Origin: Tubiluchus corallicola
Lineage: Eukaryota; Animalia; Priapulida
Assembly (NCBI GenBank): GCA_030141605.1
Contig: JAQGDQ010000348.1
Coordinates: 186,001 to 250,000 of the forward strand
DNA length: 64,000 bases
Direction: 5' to 3'
Shown here: positions 41,138 through 53,898 of the stretch, piece after piece
Layout: the number at the start of each line of letters is the position of its first letter
How positions within the stretch are numbered: the stretch's first letter is position 1
The notes under the pieces: model-generated
The model's database searches: none
Told to the model about the DNA's origin: nothing
What the model saw: only the letters and a program-made list of their open reading frames with translations
Translations under genes and position numbers: made by a program

Positions 41138-42064
41138 TACCAGGAACAGTCACTCGCGTGTCAGGTAGAGAAACGAAACGGTCCTTCCACACTTCGTTAT
41201 CAGAATACCAGGATCAGTCACTCGCGTGTCAGGTAGAGAAACGAAACGGTCCTTCCACACTTCGTTATCAGAATACCAGGAACAGTCACTCGCGTGTCAG
41301 GTAGAGAAATGTAACGGTCCATCCACACTTCGGTATCACAATACCAGGAACAGTCACTCGCGTGTCAGGTAGAGAAACGTAGCGGTCCATCCACACTTCG
41401 GTATCACAATACCAGGATCAGTCACTCGCGTGTCAGGTAGAGAAACGTAAAGCTCCATCCACACTTCGATATCAAAATACCAGGAACAGTCACTCGCATG
41501 TCAGGTAGAGAAACGTAACGGTCCATCCACACTTCGATATCAAAATACCAGGAATAGTCACTCGCGTGTCAGGTAGAGAAACGTAACGCTCCATCCACAC
41601 TTCGATATCACAATACCAGGAACAGTCACTCGCATGTCAGGTAGAGAAACGTAACGCTCCATCCATCAGAATACCAGGAACAGTCACTCGCGTGTCAGGT
41701 AGAGAAACTTAACGCTCCATCCACACTTCGATATCAAAATACCAGGATCAGCCAATCGCGTGTCAGGTAGAGAAACGTAAAGCTCCATCCATACTTCGAT
41801 ATCAAAATACCAGGATCAGCCAATCGCGTGTCAGGTAGAGAAACGTAAAGCTCCATCCACACTTTGATATCAAAATACCAGGAACAGCCAATCGCGTGTC
41901 AGGTAGAGAAACGTAAAGCTCCATCCACACTTCGATATCAAAATACCAGGAACAGCCAATCGCATGTCAGGTAGAGAAACGTAACGGTCCATCCACATTT
42001 CGATATCAGAATACCAGGAACAGTCACTCGCATGTTAGGTAGAGAAACGTAACGGTCCATCCAC
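41138..42064. repeat. 68-bp minisatellite, about 13.5 copies
   Basis: Unit TACCAGGAACAGTCACTCGCGTGTCAGGTAGAGAAACGTAACGGTCCATCCACACTTCGATATCAAAA. Confidence 0.97.
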
Positions 42065-42342
42065 AAATCACAAAATGCAGGTGATTTGCTAAAATATAAA
42101 CGATGCAGTCACTCGTTTGCTAATGAAACACTTCTGTTGATTACTTGCGTGCCGTAAAGCTTTCACAAACTCAACTATCTGACAGGAATTTATGATTGCG
42201 ATGATAATTACTTTTTATAATGCGAATACCGCTCTCGTCTTTTCTCGTTTTAGACGCGATTAATTTCAGCATTTTTCATTTCTCATTTTTTACCTGCTGT
42301 TGTTAGCGATTTGATTTCATCGTAAATATTGCAGCAGTTGAT

Positions 42343-42862
42343 TTGAGGTACGTTAAACCTAGAAAAATCCCGGCTGAGAATCGTGCATGCATATATTGTT
42401 TAAGAAATGAAATCGAAGACGAATTACACTTTGTTATAAAATTCCCATATTACAATGATCTTAGAGGAAAATTATATAATCACATCAGTGTAATTAAACC
42501 AGAATTTTTCCTTATGAGCGATGCTGATAAATTTTTATTCTTGATGGGAAGTAATGATTTAGAAGTAATTAAGGCATTTATTGATTATGTTGAAAAAGCG
42601 TTTTTAAGACATGATGAACAATATGTCATATAATGATCATATCATTGAAAGTGAGGTGAGTGACAATCTATTTTAAATACTAATCACTAAACTTTATATT
42701 TAAATAACTAAAATAACTAACAGGAAGATTTAATAATGTTTGTTTTATCAGTAATTGTTTTGTTTGTCTGCAGTGTCATTATATTTCAGAATTGAAATTG
42801 TACGTATGTCTTGTTTTTTCTTGTATTGTAATTTTTGCACTAATAAATAAATATGAAGTGAA
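42343..42862 (+). mobile_element. 5'-truncated LINE: ORF2 C-terminus plus 3' UTR and tail
   Basis: RACIYCLRNEIEDELHFVIKFPYYNDLR is the CxxC..EDExHF...Y..LR motif of non-LTR ORF2 ends; AATAAATAAA tail. Confidence 0.8.
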
Positions 42863-42975
42863 TATTTATTTGGTGCTCTTTAAGGAAATCTTTTTGTACA
42901 CTTTGTTGACATATTTGATTATGTCAATTATGATGGACCAAAAATCTTTCAATATGAAAATTAAATGAAGCATCT

Positions 42976-43001
42976 TAATAATAATAATAATAATAATAAT
43001 G

Positions 43002-43090
<89 letters not shown>
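42976..43090. repeat. (AAT)n microsatellite
   Basis: Seen directly. Confidence 0.98.
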
Positions 43091-43094
<4 letters not shown>

Positions 43095-44952
43095 GTATAA
43101 TTGGAGAAGATGTAACTGTAATCCACACATTTAAATGTGGCGAAGACACCTAGACTTGATTAGAAGATCATAAGTACTGGTCCTGTCACAAGCCTGTTCC
43201 ACTGAGTGATGAAAACCGGCTTGCGGTCAGCCGAGCTGTCGTTAGCGGCGCGTCTCCCCAGTACCAACTTTCAGCTGACTTGCAACAAAATCAACATTTG
43301 CAAAAAGGAAAGCGAGACGCGATTAACGGGAAAGCGGTTAAAACCTTTCCTTAGTGCTGCGCGCTAATCAATGATAATTTTCCCTTGCAAAGCCCAGCAT
43401 AAATGGGCAGTTATAGACGCCAGTCAGTAACAGTAAATGCTGCACCCAATAGGGAAATTGTTTCTAACACTGGTCTGACACGTGCCTCGGCTGTCAATGG
43501 CCTCTTTCAATAGCTCGCTAAATCACCCTAATTGCTTTGGCCTTACTCTAAATCACATTTTAACCTGTCTGGCCATGTCCGGTTGTTAGTGGATATGTAA
43601 TAAATGGGGTAAGAATTATACTAGCTGCATTCTGATAACTTAATTGATAACGTATGGCGGAATAATCGTTGCGGAGAGCGTGTCGTGTTGGTCTACTGGT
43701 CAATTTTGGCTTCTTCTGTTCTGCACTGTCCATTGCCCGTAGACAAATGGCTTTCAACAAACAGCATCTTTAATTCTACGAATCGTTAGATTTCCAGAAT
43801 TTTCTCATAAAGTATTTGTGGTATGCAAACGCTTCGTGGTCAGGTTTTATAGTTTGTTACGCATCTATATATAATTTTTCTCACAAAGCGTTTGTGGTGT
43901 GTTATGACTGTTCAAGCATTTGAGGCCATTATTTCTTGTGGTGTGTTAGCTTTACTATCGTCCTGATGACTGGTAAAAAAGCCACAGGAAAATGTAACCA
44001 CACATAATTGCTTACTTCTGCAACTTCTTCTTCTTTTTCAATGTTTTTCTTCTTGTATAAATGTTCATTTCTATTTTTATTTATCTAAAGTTTATTTCAG
44101 CACATAAAAATGTCATATAAAAGTTAAAAAATCCACTAAAAACTAAGAAATACTATACGTCATGCACTATATATTAAAAGATCCACGAAAATTTACAACA
44201 AATGTCATAAAAAATATGTACAGAATTTAAAAATACAAATCATTAGTAAGAACGCGGTTATTTTCTCTATAAATCATGCCATCTTCTAAAATGCCATCTT
44301 CTTTACATTGATACACTTTACAAAACATTCTCTAGATTTTGTGAAGTAACAACGCGTGACACTGACTGATGAGTCAGTCCATAACTTATTCGTGGACTCC
44401 GGTCTTTTGCCCTGCAAAAAATGCAAGCTTGAGAACGTGAAAACCCACTTTTTTCCATCCAAATACCCCACGACCCACCTTTCTTTCTAATGTAACTGTG
44501 ATCCCCCGACCCTGCTTGGTGGATCGTCTGCTTGGATTCAAATTTCCCATTACTATACATATAACGGCGGTGCGCTCTTACTTCGTGCAGGATTAGGATG
44601 TGATTACCCACAAATTAGAGAAGCTGTATTAGTTTGGAATCCCCTTTCTCGGCGTGTGTGTCTTGTCAGATCTCATACGCCTCAGTGGAGTGGAAACCCT
44701 GAGAACCTTCCAACTGTGCAGATTTTATTCGTTGCATAAAATTGCGTAGAATTTCCTGATGATGACAGCAAAGAAGCAGCTGCCGTCCGACAGACGAACA
44801 AATCTACTTTTAATGATGCATAAAGTAAATCGTCATAACGAACTAGTTTCTTTCTCTGCGTGCTTCGGCTCAGCGTTTGTTTGAATTTGATTGGCTGCCT
44901 GCCAATTCTTGTATTAGCTTGATGTAACTTCTTGCCGAAAAAATTCTGAGGC

Positions 44953-45305
44953 AGTAAGCCTTTTCACAGTTTCGTTGTGCGCACGCGCAGTTGCTGAAGG
45001 TCAAAGGTTAAGTGTACCAGAGCAACACGTCTTAACTACAGCCGTCACGTGACATGTGGGTTTAGCAAACCTGTCTGCCACATCGGTTCAGAAACTTTAG
45101 TCGTTTTACGTGGACTTTGCTTAATTATGCATTAATCTGTGCATAGAGTGATTTACTAGCAGGATCTTGTTTGGAAAAAATGAACTAGGTAAGGTTCTAG
45201 CTAGCTGTTAGAACTGTTACTGTTACAACAGCATGGGCTGTGAGGCGTTGTCAAGTGTACACTTAACCTTTGACCTTTCACGATCATCATCAATCGCTTG
45301 AACTG
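44953..45305 (-). mobile_element. Family A MITE, one end truncated, about 90 bp upstream of an exon
   Basis: AGTAAGCCTTTTCACAGTTTCG...CATCAATCGCTTGAACTG. Confidence 0.85.
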
Positions 45306-45395
45306 CTAGGGTTAACAAAGACACCAGTAGCTGATTGTCATACGTCATCATTTTTGTGAATTCTTATTTTTTATTCTTTATTTTCTTTTTTACAG

Positions 45396-45640
45396 GAAAC
45401 CAACGGTACGACTTGCACTGCAGATTGCTTGCAGCTGCCAGAACCTCCTCATTTCGACATACCCCCTCCCCCAGACATCTCTTGCATCATTCCGGATGCC
45501 TACCCACCTCCTCCGTGTACGGTCACCTCGGAGCAGTTGGCGGTTGCTACTAAACCGGATCCCCTAGTTTACAGTGTGGCTGTGGTATCTCTAGTCATTG
45601 GAGTCTTTCTAATATGTGGCCTTGTTTTAATGTATTACAG
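45396..45640 (+). CDS. Internal exon of an unidentified single-pass membrane protein (ETNGTTCTADCLQLPEPPHFDIPPPPDISCIIPDAYPPPPCTVTSEQLAVATKPDPLVYSVAVVSLVIGVFLICGLVLMYY)
   Basis: Long polypyrimidine tract with TACAG acceptor, CAG|GTAAGT donor, 245 bp open in phase 0-2, GC-rich, NGT sequon, ~23-aa hydrophobic helix. Confidence 0.85.
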
Positions 45641-45750
45641 GTAAGTTATGTTAGTTTTTTCTTTTTCTGTTGTTACTTCTTTGTTGTTATTCGTATAACT
45701 TTCCTTTTTCGATTTGCAAAACGTTTACCCCGAAGTTAATTAGCCTTTAA

Positions 45751-46537
45751 AGGAAGGAACAAGTCACTGAGCATGTTATGTTTATTTTTCTTTTATCACT
45801 TAAACTTAGAAAAATATGACAAAGAAAATTGCACAAAACTGTCTCCAAAGCTTAAATTTAAAATATACCACCTCTGAATAGAAATTTTCAGGCGTGGTGG
45901 TTGCCGCCATTCACTTGAAATTCATTACGTAACTGAGAAACTTCGTGATTTTTCGTAAGCGCGTCGTGGCTTTCCGTAAGCGCGCTGCTTAAACTAATTC
46001 AAACTTCTCCAGCTTACCTAATGTTCACGCAGAAATATTACAAAATTAGGTATCCGTTTTTTGGTAAAGATTTATTATACGTTTGACAAAGTTTGACACT
46101 GCGCAGCTTTTCTTCAGGACGAATGACGTCATTGGAGGAAAATGGGCATTGAAAATGGGAGCGTCCAAGCATGAAGTGATCGCGACTTTAAAGTGATTTA
46201 ACTTATTACACGAGGTGTTTGGGAAATTTGAAATTTGAATTTTTATCATAAAACTTGCTTAGTTTTAGTACAACACACTGAATGTCTTACAGTAGAGCAC
46301 TGTACTTCAATTTTCGCTTTCACAAACATGTGCAACACGCTCATGGAACATTTTTGATGTTGACAATTATGTTAGTTTGTGATATCATCAATAGTTGGGT
46401 TCGCCCGCCGTTAATTAAGTTTTTCATCTATTATTTAATTATCAGAAACGCTTTTGCAGTAAAAAATTGCATGAAAATGTATACTTTTTACTAGACTTGA
46501 AAATGGGGTAGTATATGAAAAATCATCCTATCTTCCT
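45751..46537. mobile_element. Family E left part joined to an inverted family B left part
   Basis: TTAA|AGGAAGGAACAAG (E) to about 46215, then B sequence ending ATCCTATCTTCCT|ATAA. Confidence 0.8.
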
Positions 46538-47675
46538 ATAACCTTTCTAAACTGACAGTTTAAAAAATGCTAAATATAATTAACCTTTTTTTACACAACA
46601 AAAATTATCCTAAAGAACTTCAACGGTTAGGATCAATTTTGTAGGAGGTTCAATAGAGTAATTTTAATTAAACAGATCAATTAAGACCAGCTCAGTAATT
46701 CACTTGACACCAGCTCAACTCCCAAGGCCAGCTGATAGCAAAACCAACTTCAAAGAGATGGAAAAGTTTTATGGATTTTTCTGCGCACTTAAAAGACTAT
46801 TAACTCGTTACGCCTTGCGAAATGTTGGTGAAATAAATTATGCAACAGAGACATTATCCAGTATAATGCAGTTTACAACCGCCGCTGTTCCTATAATTCT
46901 TACACAGGGGAAACCCAAATGATTCTGGTAACATATCCATCCTGCGTAGGAAACACTCCATGATTACTGAGTAGAAAGTGTCACGGACTGTTGCAAGTGG
47001 AAAACAGTCGCGATTTTAAACACGTTGAAGCCGCATTCGTAGGTAGTTTTACCTTGCATGGCAAACGTGATATTAACCTTATACCTAACATAATTTTAGA
47101 TATTATGAATATCGAATGCTATAAAAGCCTTCTGCCAAACTAAATCGTTGGTAATGTCTAGATACTGTGTCGTAAAGAACACAGAAAATTACCCCTGTTT
47201 AGACGGCTTATCCACAAATCAGTTTTCATAAATGTTTATGCTTGTGTCAATTAATATTGTTTGTTTGTTGCGCTGCTATTAATGTTGCTTGTGTTTGTAA
47301 ATATTGTAAAATATATATGATAACATTATTTCATTTAAGTGTTTTTCCTTATTTTAGCAATTTAAAACACAAGTAAGTACGATGTTCTGCATATATACGC
47401 ATCTCTTTTTACTCGCGCTTTTCGGTTTTAGTTACTAAAGAAAGGGTAATTTAGGAACCCCGGATCTTCACGGTAAAAAGTATACATTTAAACAGCAGTA
47501 ATACTGTCAATGTTCCTCTGTCTTAAATATCTTGTGATTTAATTTAGAAGTGATTTTGATGATCTTTTATTTGTAAGATGCATTTAATCATTATATAAAA
47601 TGCATTGAAAATATTTAATAAATTATTAAATGATTGTTAAATTAGATAAAAGACTAATGTTGTACGTGGTTTGTA

Positions 47676-48086
47676 GGGTGTCGTGTGGCTTAGCAGATGG
47701 ATAATTTAGGAAGAAACAGTGACGTTTCTCTAAATACCAATTGTATTATTGTGAAAACCTGTAGTGTTCTGTGTCTTTCATAATCTTTACATGTTATAAT
47801 ACTGGAGCTGAATGTTTAAGGACTTCCGTGTTACTTACGAGTAACTATTGCATAGAAAAGAGTTACACTGCTGCAGTACCGCAAATCAAACTCAGGGAAA
47901 TTCTTAGAAAAAATTCGCTAATCTTTATCCCAGCATGTCATAAAAGAAAAGTCGGGCTCAGGGACGTAAAAAACGCGCGCAATTTGTGGCTTAACCCACG
48001 AAACAAATGATCAAAATGTTAAAAGGGTAGGGCGTCAGAAATTTTTTTGCCCCCAGGGCGGCGCCACAAGCACTTGCTACACCACT
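47676..48086 (+). mobile_element. Partial copy of the hAT-like MITE at 10784
   Basis: Homologous to 11040-11444; ends CTTGCTACACCACT. Confidence 0.82.
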
Positions 48087-48692
48087 CACTGGGCTATATA
48101 ACACCAGAAGCTTTGTCTTCACAGCCCTGTCCGTGTAACCAGTTGATCCTATGATCCTCGGGCCTGGCAATAATGCAATAAACTCCCTCGTCTCTGATGG
48201 ATTTTATGAACCTTTATGCTGAAATACTGACAAATTTATTGCATTCCACTTGCAGTCCAGCAAGAGAAATTGAATATAATTGGCAGTTTTATTACAAGAT
48301 GTTGATTTATTACAGCCGAATGGAAATTTCGTCCAATCGAAATGTTCTGCCAGGGCGGTTACTCAAAGCCATTTTTTCAATAATCAAAGCGAACAAGAAG
48401 ATGACCAAGTCCCGACTGCCTCATGACTTTTTAATGCCTCCTTTCGTCAACTCATTGCCGCGAGCTTAATATTTGTGAAATAAACTGAAATTTGATTTAT
48501 TAACGTCTGACATTCATAGATTTAATCTAATTAATGATTTTGTAACCCCCCCCCCCCAGGTAATTTAATAGTTGAAAGAGACGATTGTTTACCTTTATAT
48601 AAAGAAACAAGATATTAAAAATCATTCAGCTTTAAACAAAAAACATTCAATTCAAAAAAGCTATTCATAATTCAGTATAAATTTGTTATTAA

Positions 48693-49148
48693 AGGAAAGG
48701 TCAAGCCTTCTAGGAGGTTAGGATTATTTCTATGTTCGCGAAAAATGTTGGAAGGATTTACTAATAAAACTACGATAAGCGTCTCGTGTAATTAGTAAAA
48801 TCATTTCATGCTTGGACGCTTCCATTTTCAATAACCATTCTTCTTCCAATGACGTCATTCGTCTTGAAGAAAAGTAGCGCGCTGTCATTCTTCATCAAAG
48901 GTATAAAAAGTTCTCGCTTACGGAGAGCCACGATGCGCTTACGAAAAGTCACGAAGTCCCCCAATTACGTCATAATTTTCAAGTTAATAGCGACAACCAC
49001 CAAGCCTGAAAATTACGGTTGAGCGGTAATAAATTTTAAATTTATGCTTTATAGGCAGTTCTTTGCAAATTTGTTTGTCATATTTGTCTAAGTTTAAGTG
49101 ATAACAGTAAAATAAAAACCCAACATACTGAGTGACTTGTTCTTTCCT
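48693..49148 (-). mobile_element. Family E Kolobok-like element, full length
   Basis: TTAA|AGGAAAGGTCAAG...CTTGTTCTTTCCT|TTAA. Confidence 0.85.
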
Positions 49149-49152
49149 TTAA

Positions 49153-49775
49153 AAGACCAAGACCCAGTCTTAACTGTAGCTCAAAACAAGATACCCTATA
49201 TATTATTGAAAGGAACGTACTATTTTTTCAAGAATAACTTACATAAAAGAAAGACTTACACAGAATGGTAATTTCGCATTCGCGCCATTAGTTCTTCGCT
49301 ATTTCGCCATTCGCTAGTTAAATGGTACTAGTGCGTGCATCTCTGAAACGTGTCGCACAAAAACAAGTTCTGTACCTCTCAATTTAGAGGTGCTCAGTTG
49401 TGACGTAGCCCACACGTTCGAGAACTCATGCTTGTACTGCAGTAAACTTGAAACATGAATTTTAAACTTAATGTTTGCCAAGTTTTTGTATATTACACTG
49501 AATCTCGCACAGTAGTGCTGCACTTCAATTTTCACTTTTGTAAACACGTGCAGCACGCTCGTGGAATGTTTGTGCTGTTGAAAATTATGTTCATTTCTTA
49601 CGTCATCACTAATTGGTCTCACCCGCCGTTAATTAAGTTCGTAACTTATTATTTGGTTATCAGAAACGCTTTAGCATTATCTAAAATACTTTACCATTTA
49701 GCAAAAATTTGTACTTTTCAACATTTTGCCGTATTTCAACTCGGGCTGGGAGGTGGAAAATCACCCTGTTTTGGT
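49153..49775 (-). mobile_element. Diverged family B element sharing a TTAA with family E
   Basis: Starts directly after TTAA at 49149-49152; ends CCCTGTTTTGGT|TTAA. Confidence 0.78.
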
Positions 49776-50172
49776 TTAACAAACTAAAAAACGGGTACAT
49801 ACACCTATCCCTCGCGAAGTTGGCTGTAGGGCAAATGCATTTACATTAGATATAAACGTGCTCTTATAGTGATGGCTCTTGTCGCCTATCATGCAACATG
49901 TGGTGATACTGAAAACAGGATAGTGTTGCGTTTCACTGCCCTAGTGTTTACGTAAATAAATCTTACTGCAAGTTTTTTTTCATTCCGAAAGATAAAATTT
50001 TATTTTACACTTTGGTGTTGTTTGTGAACTACACACGTAGGGGGTACCATGATCTTTAGGTGCTCTCGAGGTCTTAATGCTACCCTGGATAGTAATTACT
50101 GGATTTACGTGGGGGTGATTCATTTTCTGCTGTTATAAACAGGCCTATGGTGCTTGTAGTTACTGTTGGAGG

Positions 50173-50623
50173 CAGTGGCGGCTCGTGCTTAGGTACCGTG
50201 GAACTGCAGCACCCCCTATTTTCACTCAACATTATTGATAATATTCAGTACAATAAGCCTTTTTTCTTTAGTTCTTTCTTCATACTTGTACGGAACCGAA
50301 AGACGTGAGGGTAATACTGTTTGCTTCACAGCCCAGCACAGTGGTGTGCTTGGTTGTTGTGTACATGCGGCCATGCGCACATGCCTGAGATAACACGCTG
50401 TACGCAGCACTGCTTACCGTGAATGGATCAAGCTTGAACTGCGACAATTTAGAAAGTAAAAATATTTTTTTTGTTTAGGATTTATAAAGTTTGTGTATAA
50501 TGTTAAAATTACAATTACAACATTAAAATTACGTATGTTAGTTTCGTTTTACACAGTATTAAAACAATGGCTAAAATTCTCCGATGCAGCACCCCCACTA
50601 ATTTTAGCTACGAACCACCACTG
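50173..50623. mobile_element. hAT MITE with perfect 8-bp TSD
   Basis: GTTGGAGG|CAGTGGCGGCTCGT...ACGAACCACCACTG|GTTGGAGG. Confidence 0.9.
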
Positions 50624-50988
50624 GTTGGAGGAGGAAACCCTTGCAAATAACGAGGAAAGAATATCGTTCCATACAGTTAAATCTAATCCACTCATGTTTT
50701 TCAAAGGATCCCCAGGAGGGCAGCCGCTTTGAGGTCTCCGACACGTGCCGCGTCTTCGTCTGCCGCACGCCAACGGGTTCGCGTAATGTAATTAAACTGG
50801 AATTTGAATAATGGTAGATTAGCAATTCTGATTCGACTGATGTTCTGCTGAGCAGGCGACCTGCGAAAGGGTTGCAGGGCTGGGAGTATCAACAATCAGA
50901 AATTCAGACATTGTAAATTGCATTTGATGTTTCTATAACAAGAGTTGAAGACATTGGCGCTTTGACGACGTTCGTTTGTGAAGTTTCC

Positions 50989-51388
50989 ATCATATCTCGG
51001 TTTGCCGGACCTCGCTTTTACGCATATCGGAAGAACCGAACAAAATCTGAACTGTTAAAAAGTCCCACATACTACGTTATTTCACGAGCTGACCGCTAGT
51101 TGGCGGGCCGCACTTTGTTTACACCATTACATCGGTGTAACCAAGGAGCGTGTAACAACGTGTAACGTTTAAGCATGTGCAGAAAAATATAGAGTCAATT
51201 ATGTGGAGTTATTTGAGTAAATTTCCAATAATTATTATAAATTTTTGCATGGAATTAGACGTTTTTGAGACAATTAGGAGATTGATTCTACATTACCGTG
51301 AGTCTAATACATGCTGTATTAGTTTAGTATCGGAAAATTCGGACTCTCGTCTCCCTGCTTTTGTCCAGCAAGCAGAGATATGAGCGTG
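50989..51388 (-). mobile_element. Family F MITE
   Basis: TCATATCTCGGTTTGCCGGAC...GCAAGCAGAGATATGAGCG. Confidence 0.8.
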
Positions 51389-51487
51389 TAGCGAAATTAT
51401 TATGATTATGTGAATCCCTCTTCTTCACCCACGCAATCTCTCCATCTACACTCCAGTGCTCCGGAGACTCCGTTTCCTTGTAGATAA

Positions 51488-52300
51488 GCTGGAATAGCCC
51501 TTAATCCAAAATGAAATTCTTGGCTGGAATAGACCTTAATCCAAAATGAAATTCTTGGCTGGAATAGACCTTAATCCAAAATGAAATTCTTGGCTGGAAT
51601 AGACCTTAATCCAAAATGAAATTCTTGGCTGGAATAGACCTTAATCCAAAATGAAATTCTTGGCTGGAATAGACCTTAATCCAAAATGAAATTCTTGGCT
51701 GGAATAGGCCTTAATCCAAAATGAAATTCTTGGCTGGAGTAGGCCTTAATCCAAAATGAAATTCTTGGCTGGAATAGGCCTTAATCCAAGATGAAATTCT
51801 TGGCTGGAGTAGGCCTTAATCCAAAATGAAATTCTTGGCTGGAATAGGCCTTAACCCAAGATGAAATTCTTGGCTGGAGTAGGCCTTAATCCAAAATGAA
51901 ATTCTTGGCTGGAATAGGCCTTAATCCAAGATGAAATTCTTGGCTGGAATAGACCTTAATCCAAAATGAAATTCTTGGCTGGAATAGGCCTTAATCCAAA
52001 ATGAAAATCTTGGCTGGAGTAGGCCTTAATCCAAAATGAAATTCTTGGCTGGAATAGGCCTTAATCCAAAATGAAATTCTTGGCTGGAGTAGGCCTTAAT
52101 CCAAAATGAAATTCTTGGCTGGAATAGGCCTTAATCCAAGATGAAATTCTTGGCTGGAGTAGGCCTTAATCCAAAATGAAATTCTTGGCTGGAATAGGCC
52201 TTAATCCAAGATGAAATTCTTGGCTGGAGTAGGCCTTAATCCAAAATGAAATTCTTGGCTGGAATAGGCCTTAATCCAAGATGAAATTCTTGGCTCGAAT
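51488..52300. repeat. 35-bp minisatellite, about 23 copies
   Basis: Unit GGAATAGGCCTTAATCCAAAATGAAATTCTTGGCT. Confidence 0.98.
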
Positions 52301-52651
52301 TGGCCCAACAGATCGTAAAAGGCAATCAAAAAACTTTCTGTATTAAGCAAGTTGAATAGATTGCATTAGCTGTACATACAGAGTTGAAAGTGTTGATTTT
52401 TTTAGAATTATTAAAACTAGAATTTATTACTAGATTTACCATGAGCATAAAAGTTCACAATGACAATTTACACAGAAAGCATTAAATGAACACAAATTTT
52501 GGAACAGAAAAACATTAATGTGTAATTTTTATTGAGACTACTGGTATGAATCTGGACAGCACCAAGAAGAAAATCTTGTTGAATTCTATGAGAAAGATTT
52601 AAGGCATAGGAGTAAGTAAGTGGGTACGTAAGTAATTAAGATGGTGTTTAA

Positions 52652-53266
52652 AGTAAAACCGGGCCCAATGTTAAGCTGTAGGTCAAAACAATCGACTCTT
52701 TGAAATATTGAAAGGAAGCGTACTTTTTTTCAAAAATGGCTTGCGCGACAGAATAATTACCACGTAAACGCAATTTCCCGTTCGCGCGCGTAGTTCTTCG
52801 CAGCTACGTACATTTCGCCTCTCGTTAGCTGTATGGGCTGTAGCGCCTGCATTTCGGAAACGCGTGGCACAAAAGCAGGTGCTGTACCTCTCAGTTCAGA
52901 GCTGTTCGTTTGTGACATAGTATACACTTCGATAGCTCATGAGTAAGCGCAGCGGTAAAAATATGAAATTTGAATTTTCATCTTAAAACTTGCCAAGTTT
53001 TAGTACAACACACTGAATCTTTTACAGTAGCACTGTACTTCAATTTTCTCTTTTTCAAACGCGTACAACACGCGCTCATAGACTGTTAGCATTATCGAAA
53101 ATTATGTTCATTTGTGATGTCATCACTAGCTGGGCTCGCCCGTTAATTAAGTTCGTAACCTATTATTCAATTATTACAATTTTTTGCAGAATTATTCCTC
53201 TCAAAATGCATACTTTTTACCCTACTTCAAAATGAGGTAGGATATGAAAAATCATATTGTTTTCCT
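52652..53266 (-). mobile_element. Family B element, full length, inside an (AAGT)n-rich tract
   Basis: TTAA|AGTAAAACCGGGC...TTGTTTTCCT|TTAA. Confidence 0.87.
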
Positions 53267-53898
53267 TTAAGCCTGTAAGTGAATGAGTAAGCAGGTAAGT
53301 AAATAAGCAAGTAAGTAAGCAAGCAAGTCATCAAGTAAGTAAGCAAGCAAGTCATCAAGTAAGTAAACAAGCAAGTCATCGAGTAAGTAAACAAGATAGC
53401 AAGTAAGTAATCAAGTAAATAAGTAAGTAAATAAGTAAATAGCTTTTTTAGCAAGTAAAACAGCAAATAATTAGGTATGTAAAATAACGAACAAAGTAAA
53501 TAAGTATGTATAACTAACACTAATAAACAACTAAGAATATAAATGAATTAACTTAGTAAACGCACATGCTTTTAATAGCTTGTAGCTACACCTGTACAAC
53601 TACACCTGCACAACATAATGCTGAACTTATTAATCCCTTTATGTTTTATCCACCACATAAAGCCGCCATGTGTCAAGATCTTTGCTTAACAAAGACTTGC
53701 TAATTTTAATTACCCTAAAAACACCTCGGTAAATAAAGGAGTATCGCGGGGCGTGTGACACAGCCAGCTTCTAGCCCTGCAGGGTACGGCTACTGCAGCC
53801 GCTTTTTTGCCTTTGTGTCGTTTTCCTTTGGATCTTTATGTATTAAGGTAAGTCATTATTAGACGAACTTACGTATTACGTATTATGTTGAAGTCTTG

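Noticed and set aside
50556-50650. Phase-2 terminal exon candidate (SIKTMAKILRCSTPTNFSYEPPLVGGGNPCK*) for the membrane protein
   Set aside because: The acceptor and most of the segment lie within the hAT MITE at 50173-50623
53760-53853. AAG|GTAAGT donor preceded by GC-richer sequence
   Set aside because: No good acceptor, and the frame compatible with the 45640 donor hits a stop
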